Assembly (NCBI GenBank): GCA_964593405.1
Contig: CAZQIO010000001.1
Span: 2,263-66,262, forward strand
DNA: 64,000 bases
Source: an uncultured Candidatus Saccharibacteria bacterium
Lineage (GTDB): Bacteria > Patescibacteriota > Minisyncoccia > Minisyncoccales > GBS-2
Reading direction: 5' to 3'
Shown: positions 27,185 to 38,260 of the stretch, piece by piece
Layout: every line of letters starts with the position of its first letter
Position numbering within the stretch: the first letter of the stretch is position 1
Translations under genes and position numbers: made by a program
The notes under the pieces: model-generated
What the model was told of the DNA's origin: nothing
The model's input: only the letters and a program-made list of their open reading frames with translations
The model's database searches: none

Positions 27185-28276
27185 ATGTACCATCTTTTCA
27201 GGAAATTGATAGACATAAATTTATTATATTTAAGCAAATATTCTCGCTTTTTTTTAAATTTTATTCAACCAAGGCCGATTGAGGCCAGCTTTAAGGTAAC
27301 TGAGAGGTGCAACAGCCGGTGCATTACCTGTAATGTCTGGAAAAATGTTCCCAAGAATGAATTGACTACTCAAGAAATAGAAAATGTTTTTTATCAGTTA
27401 AGAGAGATAGGAATAAAATATATCGGTTTCACTGGTGGAGAATGTTTGTTAAGGGATGACATTGGTGAATTGATTAAAAAAGCCAAAAAAATATTAAGAG
27501 CAAAAGTTTATATAATCACAAATGGTATATTGTTAGAAGAAAAAGCAAAGATTCTTTTGGAACAGGGAGTAGATTATATCAGCGTTTCCCTTGATGGCAT
27601 AGGAAAAACTGATGAAAAAATAAGAGGAGTCCCCGGTCATTACGAGAAGGTCATAAGAGGAATTAAACGATTAAGAAAATTGAGTTCGGGGAAATCGCCT
27701 CCCATTAATATAGGCACCACCCTTGTCAAACTTAACCTTCACGAAATTCCAAAATTGATTGAGGTTTGTAAAAAATTAAATGTAACTTGGTCGTATAATT
27801 TATTAGATACAAGCCTTTATTTCTTTAAAGGTATTGATACTTCCCAACTATTGGTCAACGATGAGAATTTAGTGGATAAAACGATCGATTATTTATACGA
27901 AATAAAAAAGAAGGACCCCGAAATAATTAACATGAATTTTAAGAGTTTGGAATTTGCCAGAGAGTATCTTAAAAATAAAAAGCCCAATTTCCATTGCACT
28001 ATGGGGTATCTGAGAGTTTTGATAGATTCAAGTTTAAATGTCTATTCAGGTTGTTGGGCTCTTCCTCCGATGGGAAACTTAAGAAAAGAAAATTTAAAAG
28101 ATATTATTAGATCGCCAAAATATAAACAAAGGACAAAACAAATGTTTGATTTAAACTGCCCAAGATGTACTTGCGGTTATGCATTCTCTCTGGCGATTAA
28201 CTTTTTACCTTCAAGTTTGATTGAAGCAATCAAAAATTTTAAGGGGTATAAAACATATCTAAAAATGATAGTGTAG
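27185..28276 (+). CDS. radical SAM protein with SPASM/twitch domain
   Basis: CNSRCITC, FTGGE, TNG, SLDG, C-terminal CTMG..CWAL..CPRCTC. Confidence 0.88.
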   Translation: MYHLFRKLIDINLLYLSKYSRFFLNFIQPRPIEASFKVTERCNSRCITCNVWKNVPKNELTTQEIENVFYQLREIGIKYIGFTGGECLLRDDIGELIKKAKKILRAKVYIITNGILLEEKAKILLEQGVDYISVSLDGIGKTDEKIRGVPGHYEKVIRGIKRLRKLSSGKSPPINIGTTLVKLNLHEIPKLIEVCKKLNVTWSYNLLDTSLYFFKGIDTSQLLVNDENLVDKTIDYLYEIKKKDPEIINMNFKSLEFAREYLKNKKPNFHCTMGYLRVLIDSSLNVYSGCWALPPMGNLRKENLKDIIRSPKYKQRTKQMFDLNCPRCTCGYAFSLAINFLPSSLIEAIKNFKGYKTYLKMIV

Positions 28277-28323
28277 TATTGCAAAGCGGATAATCGGTTA
28301 GACCAAGAAACTTAAAAGGGAAT

Positions 28324-28872
28324 ATGATTTTCACTCAACTAGATCTTAAATTACTATTGTTACTTCAGAATTTTCATAACAAGTTTTTGGATTATTTGAG
28401 TTTAGGAATTAGCTGGATTACCGAGGGAGGTTTTATTTGGTTTTTTATTTGTGGGTTAATTTTTCTTTTTGAGAAAAAAGAGAAAAAAAGGAAAATTTTT
28501 TTAATTTTATCAGTGCTTTTGCTGAGTGATTGGCTGGTTAATATTCCTTTCAAGATGATTCTTTTTTGTCGAGAAAGGCCATATAAGGTTATTCCAGGAA
28601 TTAGAGTGATTGGCAAAATCTGGGAAAATTGTTCTTTTCCCTCCGGTCATTTGGCCGTTTCAACGGCCGCTGTTTTGATTATTGGTTATTTGTTCCATTT
28701 AAGAAAAGGCTGGTTTATTTTTTCTTCAATTAGCTTTCTCTTTCTTTTGTCTTTTGCCAGGATGTATGTTGGCATGCATTATCTGAGCGATATTTTAGGA
28801 GGAATAGTTATTGGAGTTATTTCCGCGCTTATCATTATCTATTTTGATAAGCAGATTAACTGGAAATTCTGA
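28324..28872 (+). CDS. PAP2 family membrane phosphatase
   Basis: K..RERP, SFPSGH, ARMYVGMHYLSD. Confidence 0.9.
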   Translation: MIFTQLDLKLLLLLQNFHNKFLDYLSLGISWITEGGFIWFFICGLIFLFEKKEKKRKIFLILSVLLLSDWLVNIPFKMILFCRERPYKVIPGIRVIGKIWENCSFPSGHLAVSTAAVLIIGYLFHLRKGWFIFSSISFLFLLSFARMYVGMHYLSDILGGIVIGVISALIIIYFDKQINWKF

Positions 28873-28937
28873 AGTTAAGATAAAACTTCGACAATTTCTT
28901 TTTTGCCGAGTTTTTATTTTCATTTTATAATGGATTA

Positions 28938-29000
28938 ATGCGCTTTACCGTTTCAACAAAAGGATTCGTTGTGAAAACACCAGAATACTCGTTAAAATAA
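28938..29000 (+). pseudogene. yjbQ 5' fragment, copy 2 (10 matching codons)
   Basis: MRFTVSTKGF then unrelated sequence. Confidence 0.85.
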
Positions 29001-29112
29001 GACTTCCTCCAAGGAGCGAAATGACCAAGAAAAAGCTGGCAGTTAAGGCTTAATTTTTAATGGGATGTCATCCATATTTTTTGGCATCATGGACAATATC
29101 CCAGCAAATGGC

Positions 29113-30165
29113 TTAAATTTGAGCTGGAAGTAATGATATAACTGGGTTTTAAGTTTGGAAATCACTTCAATCGCAGAACAGTTATTATTCACCGGCGTCA
29201 GGATAGAAAGTATAGTGGTCGAAAATAAACGAAAAATCGGGACAGGTTTTATTCTTGATTACAGAATGGAGGGCAAAAGCTATCCGTTCATCATAACAGC
29301 AAAGCATATTATTAGCGGAGCCGAAGAAGGAGTATTAACTTTTATTAAAGGCAAAAGAAACATACCGCTTCTTGGAGAGGGTTATCAGTTAAAAATTAAG
29401 GATTTTGAGAAAATTTAGTTTAAGCATCCAAGTGAAAACATTGATGTAGCAGTATCACCTTTTGTTCCTATTCTTAACCATATTGCAAATCAAGAAATCC
29501 AAGTATTTTTTAAATCAATACCTAGCGATTTGATTCCCAAAAATGCACAACTAAAGGAATTTGACGCGATAGAGGATATTCTCTTTATTAGGTTATCCCA
29601 TCGGACTATGGGATGAGAAAAATCTTCTTCTTATTGTAAGAAGAGGTATTACCGCAACTCTAGTATTTGTAAACTTTAATGGTGAAAGGCAATTTTTAAT
29701 CGACGCTTCTATCTTTCCGGGTTCTAGTGGAAGCCCTGTTTTTATTTATGACAGAGGAATTTATTGGAACAAAAAGTCAGAAGCTACGGTTGGTGGTCAC
29801 AGAATCTTCCTTTTAGGAATTCTTTCAGCTGTTTTTCGGATGCCCGATAGAGGAGAATTGATCTTTCCAAGCGAACGAATACACACCCTTACAGAGCATG
29901 GCGAAGCAGTGTTTTTTACGAATGAAAAAGTGAGGATTAAAGTAAATCAACTAGCAGACTTAGGAATAGTTTTTAAATCAGAGATAATAATTGAAACTAT
30001 AAACAAGTTTCTGAAAGGAAACGTAATGCATGCCTATGGCGCTCCACAATATTTCGCATACATAATCGATAAACACTTACATAATAGCCTCCTAATCCTC
30101 TGAATACAAATCATGGAACCATGAATAATATCTCACCGAGTGAATTAAGTTTGAACTGGAAGTAA
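29113..30165 (+). repeat. 21-bp imperfect direct repeat flanking the protease pseudogene
   Basis: ttaaatttgagctggaagtaa (29113-29133) versus ttaagtttgaactggaagtaa (30145-30165), 19/21. Confidence 0.7.
29155..30103 (+). pseudogene. trypsin-like serine protease, nonsense + frameshift
   Basis: GTGF, TAKH, IDVAV, GYP, PGSSGSPVF; TAG at 29416 and frameshift near 29590. Confidence 0.85.
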
Positions 30166-30273
30166 AAGTGTGATGTTATAGCAGCATCTTTTAGCATAGA
30201 AAGAGATGATTAAATAGCTAACTAAAAAATTATTCTTCTTTAACTGTCTCCTTAACATAAGCGATTTTGGGTT

Positions 30274-30471
30274 TTATTGTTTCTTTTCTTTCTTCTTTAC
30301 AAGCCAGTAGACTATTCCAGCGATTATCCAGCATATTATCGTGCTTATTGGCGTGGAGGAACAGTGAGCGTAGTGGCCTAGCAGGCAGGATCTACTTGCG
30401 GGGGCGGGGATTAATGTTGAAACCCCTAAAACAATAAATATTACTATTAGAACCCAGTGATACCCCTTCAA
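30274..30471 (-). CDS. small Cys/His-containing membrane protein
   Basis: Two hydrophobic segments around CLLGHYAHCS; GAGGA RBS upstream. Confidence 0.6.
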   Translation of the reverse strand: MKGYHWVLIVIFIVLGVSTLIPAPASRSCLLGHYAHCSSTPISTIICWIIAGIVYWLVKKKEKKQ

Positions 30472-30866
30472 TAAATTTTCCTCCTATATATCGGATGTTA
30501 TTATTTTAACTCAAGATGTTTATAAAATTTTGGATGATAACAAGGATTAAATCTGCATTTCTCACACCTTTTAATGGAGTTGGTATAATGCCGCGGAATG
30601 CTCAAAGGTTATTGATAAGATTCTAGAGATGTTGATGGATGAAACGCTACCCTCAAAGAGAAAATAGAGAGATGGAATAATCTTTCAGAGAAGTTTGCCG
30701 AGTGCATAGGTGGGCGTTTAAAGGAGTTAGTAAAGGAAATGAAGATAACTGAATTAGAGGTGCAGAAGCTAGCTCAGGAAATTTTAGAAGAAGCAACCAT
30801 ATACGCTAAACATCATCGTGAAAATTAATAGTTTATCAATTTTAAGAATAAAAGCCTGAATAAAAT

Positions 30867-31813
30867 TCAATTTAAAACTTTAAGCCCAGCCTTATCATAG
30901 ATTTCCTTCAGTTTCTCTGGGCTGAAATCCGTATAATGTCTTGCAAGTACGCTTCTTGGAACCCTTCCGCAGAAGGCATCAACATATCTGTCCGGGACGC
31001 CTAGTTTTCCCATTTCGCAGGCAAACCATTCCCTCAATATTTGAGGCGTAATGCTTAAACCAGTTTTCATTCTGGCATCGAGGAATATCCTGTGCTTTTC
31101 GTTCGTCTTCATCGGGAAGAGTTTATCGCTCTTTTTTAGCCTAATCTTTAGTCATTCCTTTAAAGGTTTTTCAGCCTCTTCGTTGTAGAAGGTTATGTAG
31201 CTTCTTTTTGTTCTGGAATTATGTCGGGGAAATATCGTTCTCTTTTCAAAATCGATGTCGCTTAGCTTCAACTTTAGGGCTTCGCTTCTCCTTAATCCAG
31301 AGGAAGCTAATAAAAGAAAGATCGCCTTTTCTCTTAAATCCTTCAAGGCTTGGTAAAATCTTTGAAGCTCTTCTTTTGAAGGGACCTTTTTAATCGTTGG
31401 GCTTGGATTTGGGAATTTGAAGCTTGGACCAAGTCTGGCCTTCCTAAGAAATCTCTGAAAAACCTCTACAAAGCCTTCAACATGTTGGCATAGCTATACG
31501 GATTTCCATCCCTCAAAGTTAAAAGGAAACTCCTAATATCTCCAACGCTCGGGAAGTCAATGCCATTTTTCTCTATCCAAGCCAAAAACTTCCGCACATT
31601 GTAGATGTGTTGCCCCACCGTCTGTTTCGAAAGCTGAAGGTTAACCAAGCAAAATTCTGCGAATTTCCTCAGCACTTCCTGGAAATCAGATATTCTCTCA
31701 AAGTTATTCTCCTCATTCTCCATTCTCCCTTCAAATTGTCCCAATTTGAATTCTAAGCCATCTTTGAGCCTGTCACGCTGAGGACCCGGGTTCAAATCCC
31801 GGCGGCCACACCA
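30867..31813 (-). pseudogene. tyrosine integrase catalytic part, archaeal SSV/pTN3-like
   Basis: SGLRRSE, TKRSY, QILREWF, GRVPRSVLARHY; frameshifts near 31465 and 31420, stop at 31152; frame runs antisense through a tRNA half. Confidence 0.85.
31766..31813 (+). other. att site: 3' half of an archaeal-type tRNA (probably decayed tRNA-Gly)
   Basis: gagcctgtcacgctgaggacccgggttcaaatcccggcggccacacca: anticodon arm, T arm, acceptor 3' strand and CCA; no D arm or 5' strand. Confidence 0.8.
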
Positions 31814-31817
31814 TTCA

Positions 31818-31979
31818 TCACTGTTTTTTTGTCTCCTTTTTTCCGTAAAGAGGTCTTAATTGTTTTATTGCCATTTTCAAAGCATTTTCACAAGTCCTTG
31901 AAATATTCAAGCCCAATTCCCTTGCCTCTTTAACAACATCCTCGTCGATATAGATGGTTACACTTATTTGCTTACCCAA
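31818..31979 (-). CDS. CcdA/RHH-like small protein, probable integrase N-terminal part
   Basis: GGAGG RBS, TTG start, MGKQISVTIYIDEDVVKEARELGLNISRTCENALKMAIKQL; not in ORF track. Confidence 0.7.
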   Translation of the reverse strand: MGKQISVTIYIDEDVVKEARELGLNISRTCENALKMAIKQLRPLYGKKETKKQ

Positions 31980-32136
31980 TTTTATTTGCCTCCATTTGGA
32001 ATTATGTGGAAATCAAATTTAAGGATTTCGCATGCAAAGCCATGCGCCCTGAGGATGGAGAATGGCGATGGCGAGAATAGTGAGAATAAAGTTGTATAAG
32101 AATTCTCTAGGAAATTTTTATGAAGAGGAGAAAGAG

Positions 32137-32859
32137 ATGTCAGAGGCTGTTGCGCCGAGAAGGTTTGTCATTCCGAGGCTTTTGGCTTGGGTTATGGTTT
32201 TTGCTGGAATAGGCATATTCGTTATCGGTATTCCATTTCTTATGTATAGCCTTTTCATGTTTAGTTTTGTTAGGCGCTTCGACCCTACCGGCATTATCCT
32301 GATGATCGTTGGTGCAATCGTCTTTTACGTTGGATACAAAAATACGGGCTTTATACTGACTAAGGAAGAGATAGTAGATAGGTGGAGCGTTTTAGTTGAG
32401 AACGGCAAGGGAAAGGCAAACGAGATCTTCGATGATACCGAAGGCTTCATTAGGAAAAGCCAAGCTCCAAGGATTGCTGTCGAAAGGAGGGAAATTGTCC
32501 CTACGATAACAAAGGACATCCTGGGCGTGAGGAGAAGGTTTTTGGTCGTTACTAAACTTGAGAATCCAAAGCTTTTGAATTACAAGACCTTCATTTGCGC
32601 TAGGGATTATGGAAACAACCTCGATGTTTCGTGGTATTTAACGTATAAAATGGGCTTTTTCGAAGCTTTATTGAACCTATTATTTCTCAGAGGAAGATTT
32701 GTTCCAAAACTTGACTTGTTCGACGAGCAGGATTTAAGAGCTTATATGACAAACGTCCATCACTGCCTTTTAAAAGCCGTTGAATCTTTAATGAAGAGCT
32801 TGGGGCAAGACTTTTCTAAGGTTGACAGAAAATCTATAGGTTTCTTGGGCGTTAGTTGA
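32137..32859 (+). CDS. membrane-anchored hypothetical protein coupled to the ATPase
   Basis: GAGGAG RBS before ATG 32137, two N-terminal TMs, TGATG overlap with the next gene. Confidence 0.75.
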   Translation: MSEAVAPRRFVIPRLLAWVMVFAGIGIFVIGIPFLMYSLFMFSFVRRFDPTGIILMIVGAIVFYVGYKNTGFILTKEEIVDRWSVLVENGKGKANEIFDDTEGFIRKSQAPRIAVERREIVPTITKDILGVRRRFLVVTKLENPKLLNYKTFICARDYGNNLDVSWYLTYKMGFFEALLNLLFLRGRFVPKLDLFDEQDLRAYMTNVHHCLLKAVESLMKSLGQDFSKVDRKSIGFLGVS

Positions 32860-35103
32860 TGGGAATTCTTGATAGGCTGCTTAGGCGGAAAAAGAAGGAA
32901 AAAGAGGAGGTTGAAGTAGAGGAGAAAGTCGAAGAAGCTCCAGTCGAAGTTGACGAGGGAAATGTTGTAAACATTGGCTGGTATTGGTCTGAGCAAAAGC
33001 AAGAGTGGCAGATGGCAAAGATTAAAGAGGAGGATAGGAAAGTTCACTTTTACGTTGTCGGTGCCTCTAGAACTGGAAAGTCAAAGTTCCTTGAGTTTTT
33101 GATTAGACAAGACATTGAAAAGGGAAATGGCTTCGGAGTAATCGACCCTCACAGGGATTTGATTGATGATATTAAGGCTTATCTAACATTAGCCCTGCCG
33201 AAAGAGGAGTTGGAAGAGAGAGTTGTAGTAATAGACCCAACAGATGAGAGGTATACCGTCGCCTTCAACCCTCTTGAGAAGATCAAGAAAATGTTATCTG
33301 CCGAGATAGCAGCCGAGCTCGTCGAAGCCTTCAAGAAGATTTGGGATTATGGGAGCGCCATCGAAACTTACGGTTGGGGTGCTAGGATGGAGGATTTGCT
33401 TAGGAACTCGCAAATAGCCCTAATAGAGGCTGGACTCACGCTATGCGACCTACCACGTTTTCTAATAGAGGATGACTTTAGGGAGAACGTCTTGGAGAGG
33501 GTTGAGCATCCAATAGCAAAGAGGTATTTCCAGAGGTTTAATGCCTTAGCCCCAAAAACGAGAGAGGAATGGATGGAATCTACACTGAACAAAGTCAATG
33601 CTTTTTTATCAGATGATAGGATCAGGGAGATATTCTCATTCCAAAAATCTTCTTTCAATTTCAGGGAGATAATGGATAATAAGAAGATTTTGTTAATTAA
33701 GCTTGATAAGGGAAGGCTGAAAGAAAATGCCGACTTGCTGGGTGCGCTATTGATGACGAAGATCAGGATGGCTGCGTTCTCGAGGTCAAACGTTCTAAAA
33801 GAGAAAAGAGTCCCATTCTACCTTTACATTGACGAGTTTCAAAACTTTGCAACCAAAACATTCATTGAAACTCTGAGCGAGGCTAGAAAATATGGCTTAT
33901 CACTTATAATGGCCCATCAGAATCTTTCTCAGTTGCCGAAGGAATTGCAAGATTCAATTTTAACTAACTGCGGAATCCAATGTTACTTCAAGGTCTGTAG
34001 AAGAGATGCTGAAATATTAGCTAAAGAAGCTTTTGAGACGAGTGGTGTTGAGGTAAAAGCAGTAAAACTTTCGAGGGAGTACTCTGATTACGATTGGTTC
34101 ACATATTCAGAGGATTGGGAAAAGTACATTCAAGAGCTATAGCAGTTGCCAAACAGATGTTTTTGGGCAAAACACAAAATTGAAGGTGGTGTAATTCCAC
34201 TGTACACTGTGGGAAATTAGGCAAGCTTATGAGGAGTTCGGTGTAGAGAAAGAGGTTCAGGATAAAATTCTGAGTGAAGTTGTCTTCAGTAAAAGGTATC
34301 TTTTAGAGAGAAAGCCCAAGGAAGTTGAAAAGAAGGTTAAGGAAAAGTCTAGTGAGGAAGAGAAGCTCACAGCCTTAGAGGAAATTATTGCAACATTAAC
34401 ACCTTTTGAGAAGGCGATTCTATGGGCTATAGGTGTTGGAAACTACAATTCAGCAGACATATACGAAGAGGCGAATAAGAAACTCAAAGAATGGGGTTGC
34501 TCAACCAGAAAATACTCAGAGTTTAAGAAGAAGTTTTATGAGTTTGCCAAACTACCTAAAGAGGGAGGTAAAGGATTAATAGAGTTTAGAAAGCTTGGCA
34601 GGAGCTTTTGCTATTGGCTAAGTAAGTGGGGAGAAATTGCATTTGCTGAAAAGTTTGGAATACCTTCTGATAGGGCGATAAACGAGCTTGGAGGTGGAAG
34701 AAAGCCATCAAAAACCGTAGCCTTGGAAGTCATAAAGGAGTGGCTTGAACCAAATGGATACAAGGTTAAGGCTGAGGAGGAAATAAAAACCGATTTGACC
34801 GAGAGAGGCAGAGGCTACACTGATTGGGTTGCCGAGAAAAATGGTGAAGTTTTGAGGATTGAGATTGAGCATAGAAGCCAAAAAGAGCAAGTGGAGAGGA
34901 ATATAAGGAAGAACTTAGAGTACTCAGATACACTCTACATCATAGCGAGCGATGAAACGGCGAAAAGAAAAGTTATTCAAGTTGCTTTGAGAACATTATT
35001 TAGGCTGAGGAAAGAAAAACCCGATGAAAAATGTGTGGTGAAGGTAGCTGACATTGAAGAACTGAAAAGGAATAGTTGGAATAAGTGGTTCGAGATAAAA
35101 TGA
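32859..35103 (+). pseudogene. VirB4/VirD4/HerA-like ATPase fused to wHTH and PD-(D/E)XK-like domain
   Basis: Walker A degraded to GASRTGKS, IDPH, YIDEFQNF, EARKYG..AHQ; TAG at 34140, frameshift ~34212, then open frame to 35103 with TDWVAE..IEIEH. Confidence 0.82.
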
Positions 35104-35152
35104 AGGAAAACCTTATATGAGGAAAATCCACCTTTTCTATAAGTGAGAAAAA

Positions 35153-35518
35153 TTGGAGCGTTCAACTAGGAAATATAAGGCAACAAAGTTACCCGTTGAA
35201 GTATTTGATGAAGCCGAGTTAGTGAAAGCTAAGCTAATTATGAATAGGGAGGCTTTAAAGAAGCTTCCTTCAGAGGGTGCGAACCCAGCTAAATGTCCCC
35301 TTGGCGGTAATGATTTGAGGGTTGCCGAAGTTAAAGTGGCGGTAAAAATGGTCTCGTGTCAACGTTGCGGTTACAAACAACCGTCCCTAGACGTATCCAG
35401 CATTGGAAACGATCCTGCGGCAATCGCTGGAGCGTTAGGTCTGGGAGTTCTAGCGGGTCTCGGTATAGCTGCATTGCTATATTTAATATTTAGCGGTGAA
35501 AAGAATGAGCGAAGTTAG
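35153..35518 (+). CDS. hypothetical protein with Zn-ribbon remnant and C-terminal TM
   Basis: KCPLGG..CQRCGY, Gly/Leu-rich helix. Confidence 0.6.
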   Translation: MERSTRKYKATKLPVEVFDEAELVKAKLIMNREALKKLPSEGANPAKCPLGGNDLRVAEVKVAVKMVSCQRCGYKQPSLDVSSIGNDPAAIAGALGLGVLAGLGIAALLYLIFSGEKNERS

Positions 35519-35776
35519 GATAAAAGTCCAGGCAGATTTGAATATCATTAAAGAATTACTGATAAGAGAGGGTTTTACGATCCGGGCATTTTGCAGACTT
35601 GGAAAGAAGGCCAGGTATTTGGATTAGCTAAGCCGTTAAATTATCTAATCGAAGTTCACGTTAGGGGTTTTGCGGATAATACTTTAGATGCCGAAATAGA
35701 GTTATCACGTGAATATCTAGAACATCCCTACGACGGGAAACCTTACTACGGTTTTCTAATCGAGAACTCTAACTAA
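35505..35776 (+). pseudogene. hypothetical protein, frameshifted
   Basis: ATG 35505 frame joins ORF 35591-35776 if one T is restored near 35575. Confidence 0.5.
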
Positions 35777-35895
35777 GTGGAAACCCATGCTTTTTGTACT
35801 ATGTATCATTTGTGGAATATGTGGATTTTTTGCAGTTTTAGAAAGATTCGGCTCGAAGGATAATTCATTGACAAAATTAGAAGAGGAATGATACA

Positions 35896-37179
35896 ATGGA
35901 TAGAATGTTTGTGAGATTTTTATCAGAAATAAAGGAACCAAAAGCTTCAGAACTTGGAGGAAAAGGCTATTCATTAGCTGTTTTAATGAATAACGGATTT
36001 AACGTCCCGAAAGGCTTTGTCATAGTTTTAGATGCGTTCTTTGAGCATCTTAAAAAGAACGAATTGATGGAGAAAGTTAGAGAACTAGTAGCTAAAATCA
36101 ACGAGGGGAATTTTCAAAAAAAAAGCAGAGAAATTAAAGAGTTAATATTGAGCGGAGCAATACCTGAGGAAATTGCCTTAGAGGTAAAAAATGTCTTAAA
36201 TAAATTAAATGTTCAGTATGTTTCTGTTAGGTCATCTGCTGTTAGCGAGGATAGCTTAAAAGCTTCATCTGCGGGAATGCATGATACATTCTTGAATGTA
36301 AAATCAGAACCAAAACAGGTTTTAGAAAATGTGAAGAAGTGCTGGGCATCTTTATTCAATGAAAGAGCGATAATATACAGAATTAAGAAAAAGCTGCCTC
36401 ATTTAGAGGGAATGGCGGTTGTAGTTCAAGAAATGATACCAGCTGAGGTTTCTGGGGTCGCCTTTACTGCCCACCCAACGAACAAAAAGTTTTTACTTAT
36501 TGAGGCTTGCTATGGAATTGGTGATATGGTCGTGGGTGGTAAGGTGGAGCCAGATGATTATGTGGTGAATAGAGAAACTTTAGAAATAATAGAAAGAAAG
36601 ATTGGCAGGAAGGATAGAATGAGCGTTATTGAAAATGGAAAAATTAAAGTTATTGATGTCGAAAAGAAACTTGCTGAAAAACAGGTTTTATCTGATAATG
36701 AGATAAAAGAAATCGCTGAAACTTGCCTAAAAGTCGAAAAAACATTTAAATATCCTCAAGATATTGAGTGGTGTATCTCCAAAGATTTTATATGGATTCT
36801 ACAATCACGAACAATAACCGCGACATCATTGCTTATTGGAGAAAAAACAAAAATAAAACCGATTTTGAGCGGATTAGGAGCAAGCCCCGGTATAGTTAAA
36901 GGGAAAGTAAAAATTATTTTAAGTCCGAGGGAAGTTAATAAAATGAATGATGGTGAAATATTGGTTACTGTAATGACTAATCCACTATATGTTACTGCAA
37001 TACAAAAAGCCAAAGGAATAGTTACAGACGTTGGTGGCATACTTTCTCATGCAGCTATTGTAGCAAGGGAGCTTGGAATTCCTTGTGTAGTTGGAACTGA
37101 AAAAGCGACAAAAATACTGAAAGATAATATGGAGGTTATTGTAAATGGTACAGAGGGTAAAGTTTATGCACCAGACTGA
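35896..37179 (+). CDS. PEP-synthase-like dikinase: ATP-grasp + phospho-His swivel domain, no pyruvate-binding barrel
   Basis: LGGKG, VRSSAVSED, VVVQEMI, QDIEW, LQSRTIT, LSHAAIVARELGIP. Confidence 0.88.
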   Translation: MDRMFVRFLSEIKEPKASELGGKGYSLAVLMNNGFNVPKGFVIVLDAFFEHLKKNELMEKVRELVAKINEGNFQKKSREIKELILSGAIPEEIALEVKNVLNKLNVQYVSVRSSAVSEDSLKASSAGMHDTFLNVKSEPKQVLENVKKCWASLFNERAIIYRIKKKLPHLEGMAVVVQEMIPAEVSGVAFTAHPTNKKFLLIEACYGIGDMVVGGKVEPDDYVVNRETLEIIERKIGRKDRMSVIENGKIKVIDVEKKLAEKQVLSDNEIKEIAETCLKVEKTFKYPQDIEWCISKDFIWILQSRTITATSLLIGEKTKIKPILSGLGASPGIVKGKVKIILSPREVNKMNDGEILVTVMTNPLYVTAIQKAKGIVTDVGGILSHAAIVARELGIPCVVGTEKATKILKDNMEVIVNGTEGKVYAPD

Positions 37180-38260
37180 TGATTTAATAACTGAATTATT
37201 CAGAGTTACAGGAGAGGCAATCTACGATACAGATATGCAACACGGGGATGGTAGGGATTATTGGCCCTTTCATCCAGTATTTTTAGATTCTCTTGTTGCT
37301 CCAATAGTGTTTAAAGAAATTTTAAGGATTATTGAAACATTAGAAAACAAAGGCTACACCCTAACAGACATTGCAGAAACAGTATACAGTCCAACTAAAA
37401 TAGCTAATTACCAATATTTGTGGCCAGAAAAAACAATCAAATCTTTAACCTATGACGAAAAATACAAGCTCGCAAAATATTTCGTTGAGTTACTAACGAT
37501 TTTGAGAAATGGTGAACCTTTTTGTGAGAAAGGAAGAAACTTGGTATGGACCAGAAAGAACTTAATCCAAAATATAGAAAAATATAAGAAAGATTTTGTA
37601 AGTGCTAAACAAAACCCTGAAATGGCTCAACTTTTGTCGAAGCTAGAAGGAATTCTAGTTTCTTATGCGGAAGCGCTGTACTATTACATGATTGACTTAT
37701 CACGTATGATGCATGGTCCTTATTCACTTGAAAATGGATCTACTGTTTTTGTAAAGGAATATCTTCACTTAAAGGCTGGAGAACTTTGGGATGTGGTTTC
37801 AGATTTCCCTTTTGACCATTTTAAAGAGATCGGAATTTATCAAGGCATACAAATAACTACTTTCTTTATGGGACATACACACTCAAATCCACCTTTCCCA
37901 AAAGCAATAGATAAATTCGTTATAATCGTAGATGATAAAGTAATAAAAAATATGGACGAGCTGAGAAATTTATATGAAAAGGTAAAAGAAGTAACAGAAA
38001 GAGCAGCTCGATGTATAGCAGAAAAGTCTGGCGATGAAGCTTTTCTTCTTAAGAAGGGAATTGATATGTTTTTCTATCCATTAAAACCTCTCTACAAGGA
38101 AATAGGAGAGAACTGGAAAGATATACTTCCACAAGCATATAAGTTTGCATATAATGTGAAAGATAAAATAAAAGTTCCTGGACCCTGGGGTGATTGGAAT
38201 AAAGAGAAAGCAGTAAGTCACCTTCTAAAACTAATGGATTTTCGGAGGAAAGCAAGATGA
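37166..38260 (+). CDS. hypothetical protein
   Basis: Intact ~364-aa ORF overlapping both neighbours. Confidence 0.75.
   Translation: MHQTDDLITELFRVTGEAIYDTDMQHGDGRDYWPFHPVFLDSLVAPIVFKEILRIIETLENKGYTLTDIAETVYSPTKIANYQYLWPEKTIKSLTYDEKYKLAKYFVELLTILRNGEPFCEKGRNLVWTRKNLIQNIEKYKKDFVSAKQNPEMAQLLSKLEGILVSYAEALYYYMIDLSRMMHGPYSLENGSTVFVKEYLHLKAGELWDVVSDFPFDHFKEIGIYQGIQITTFFMGHTHSNPPFPKAIDKFVIIVDDKVIKNMDELRNLYEKVKEVTERAARCIAEKSGDEAFLLKKGIDMFFYPLKPLYKEIGENWKDILPQAYKFAYNVKDKIKVPGPWGDWNKEKAVSHLLKLMDFRRKAR

Noticed and set aside
31740-31813. Functional tRNA-Asp(GTC)
   Set aside because: No 5' acceptor strand or D arm; acceptor and discriminator fit a decayed archaeal tRNA-Gly att fragment better
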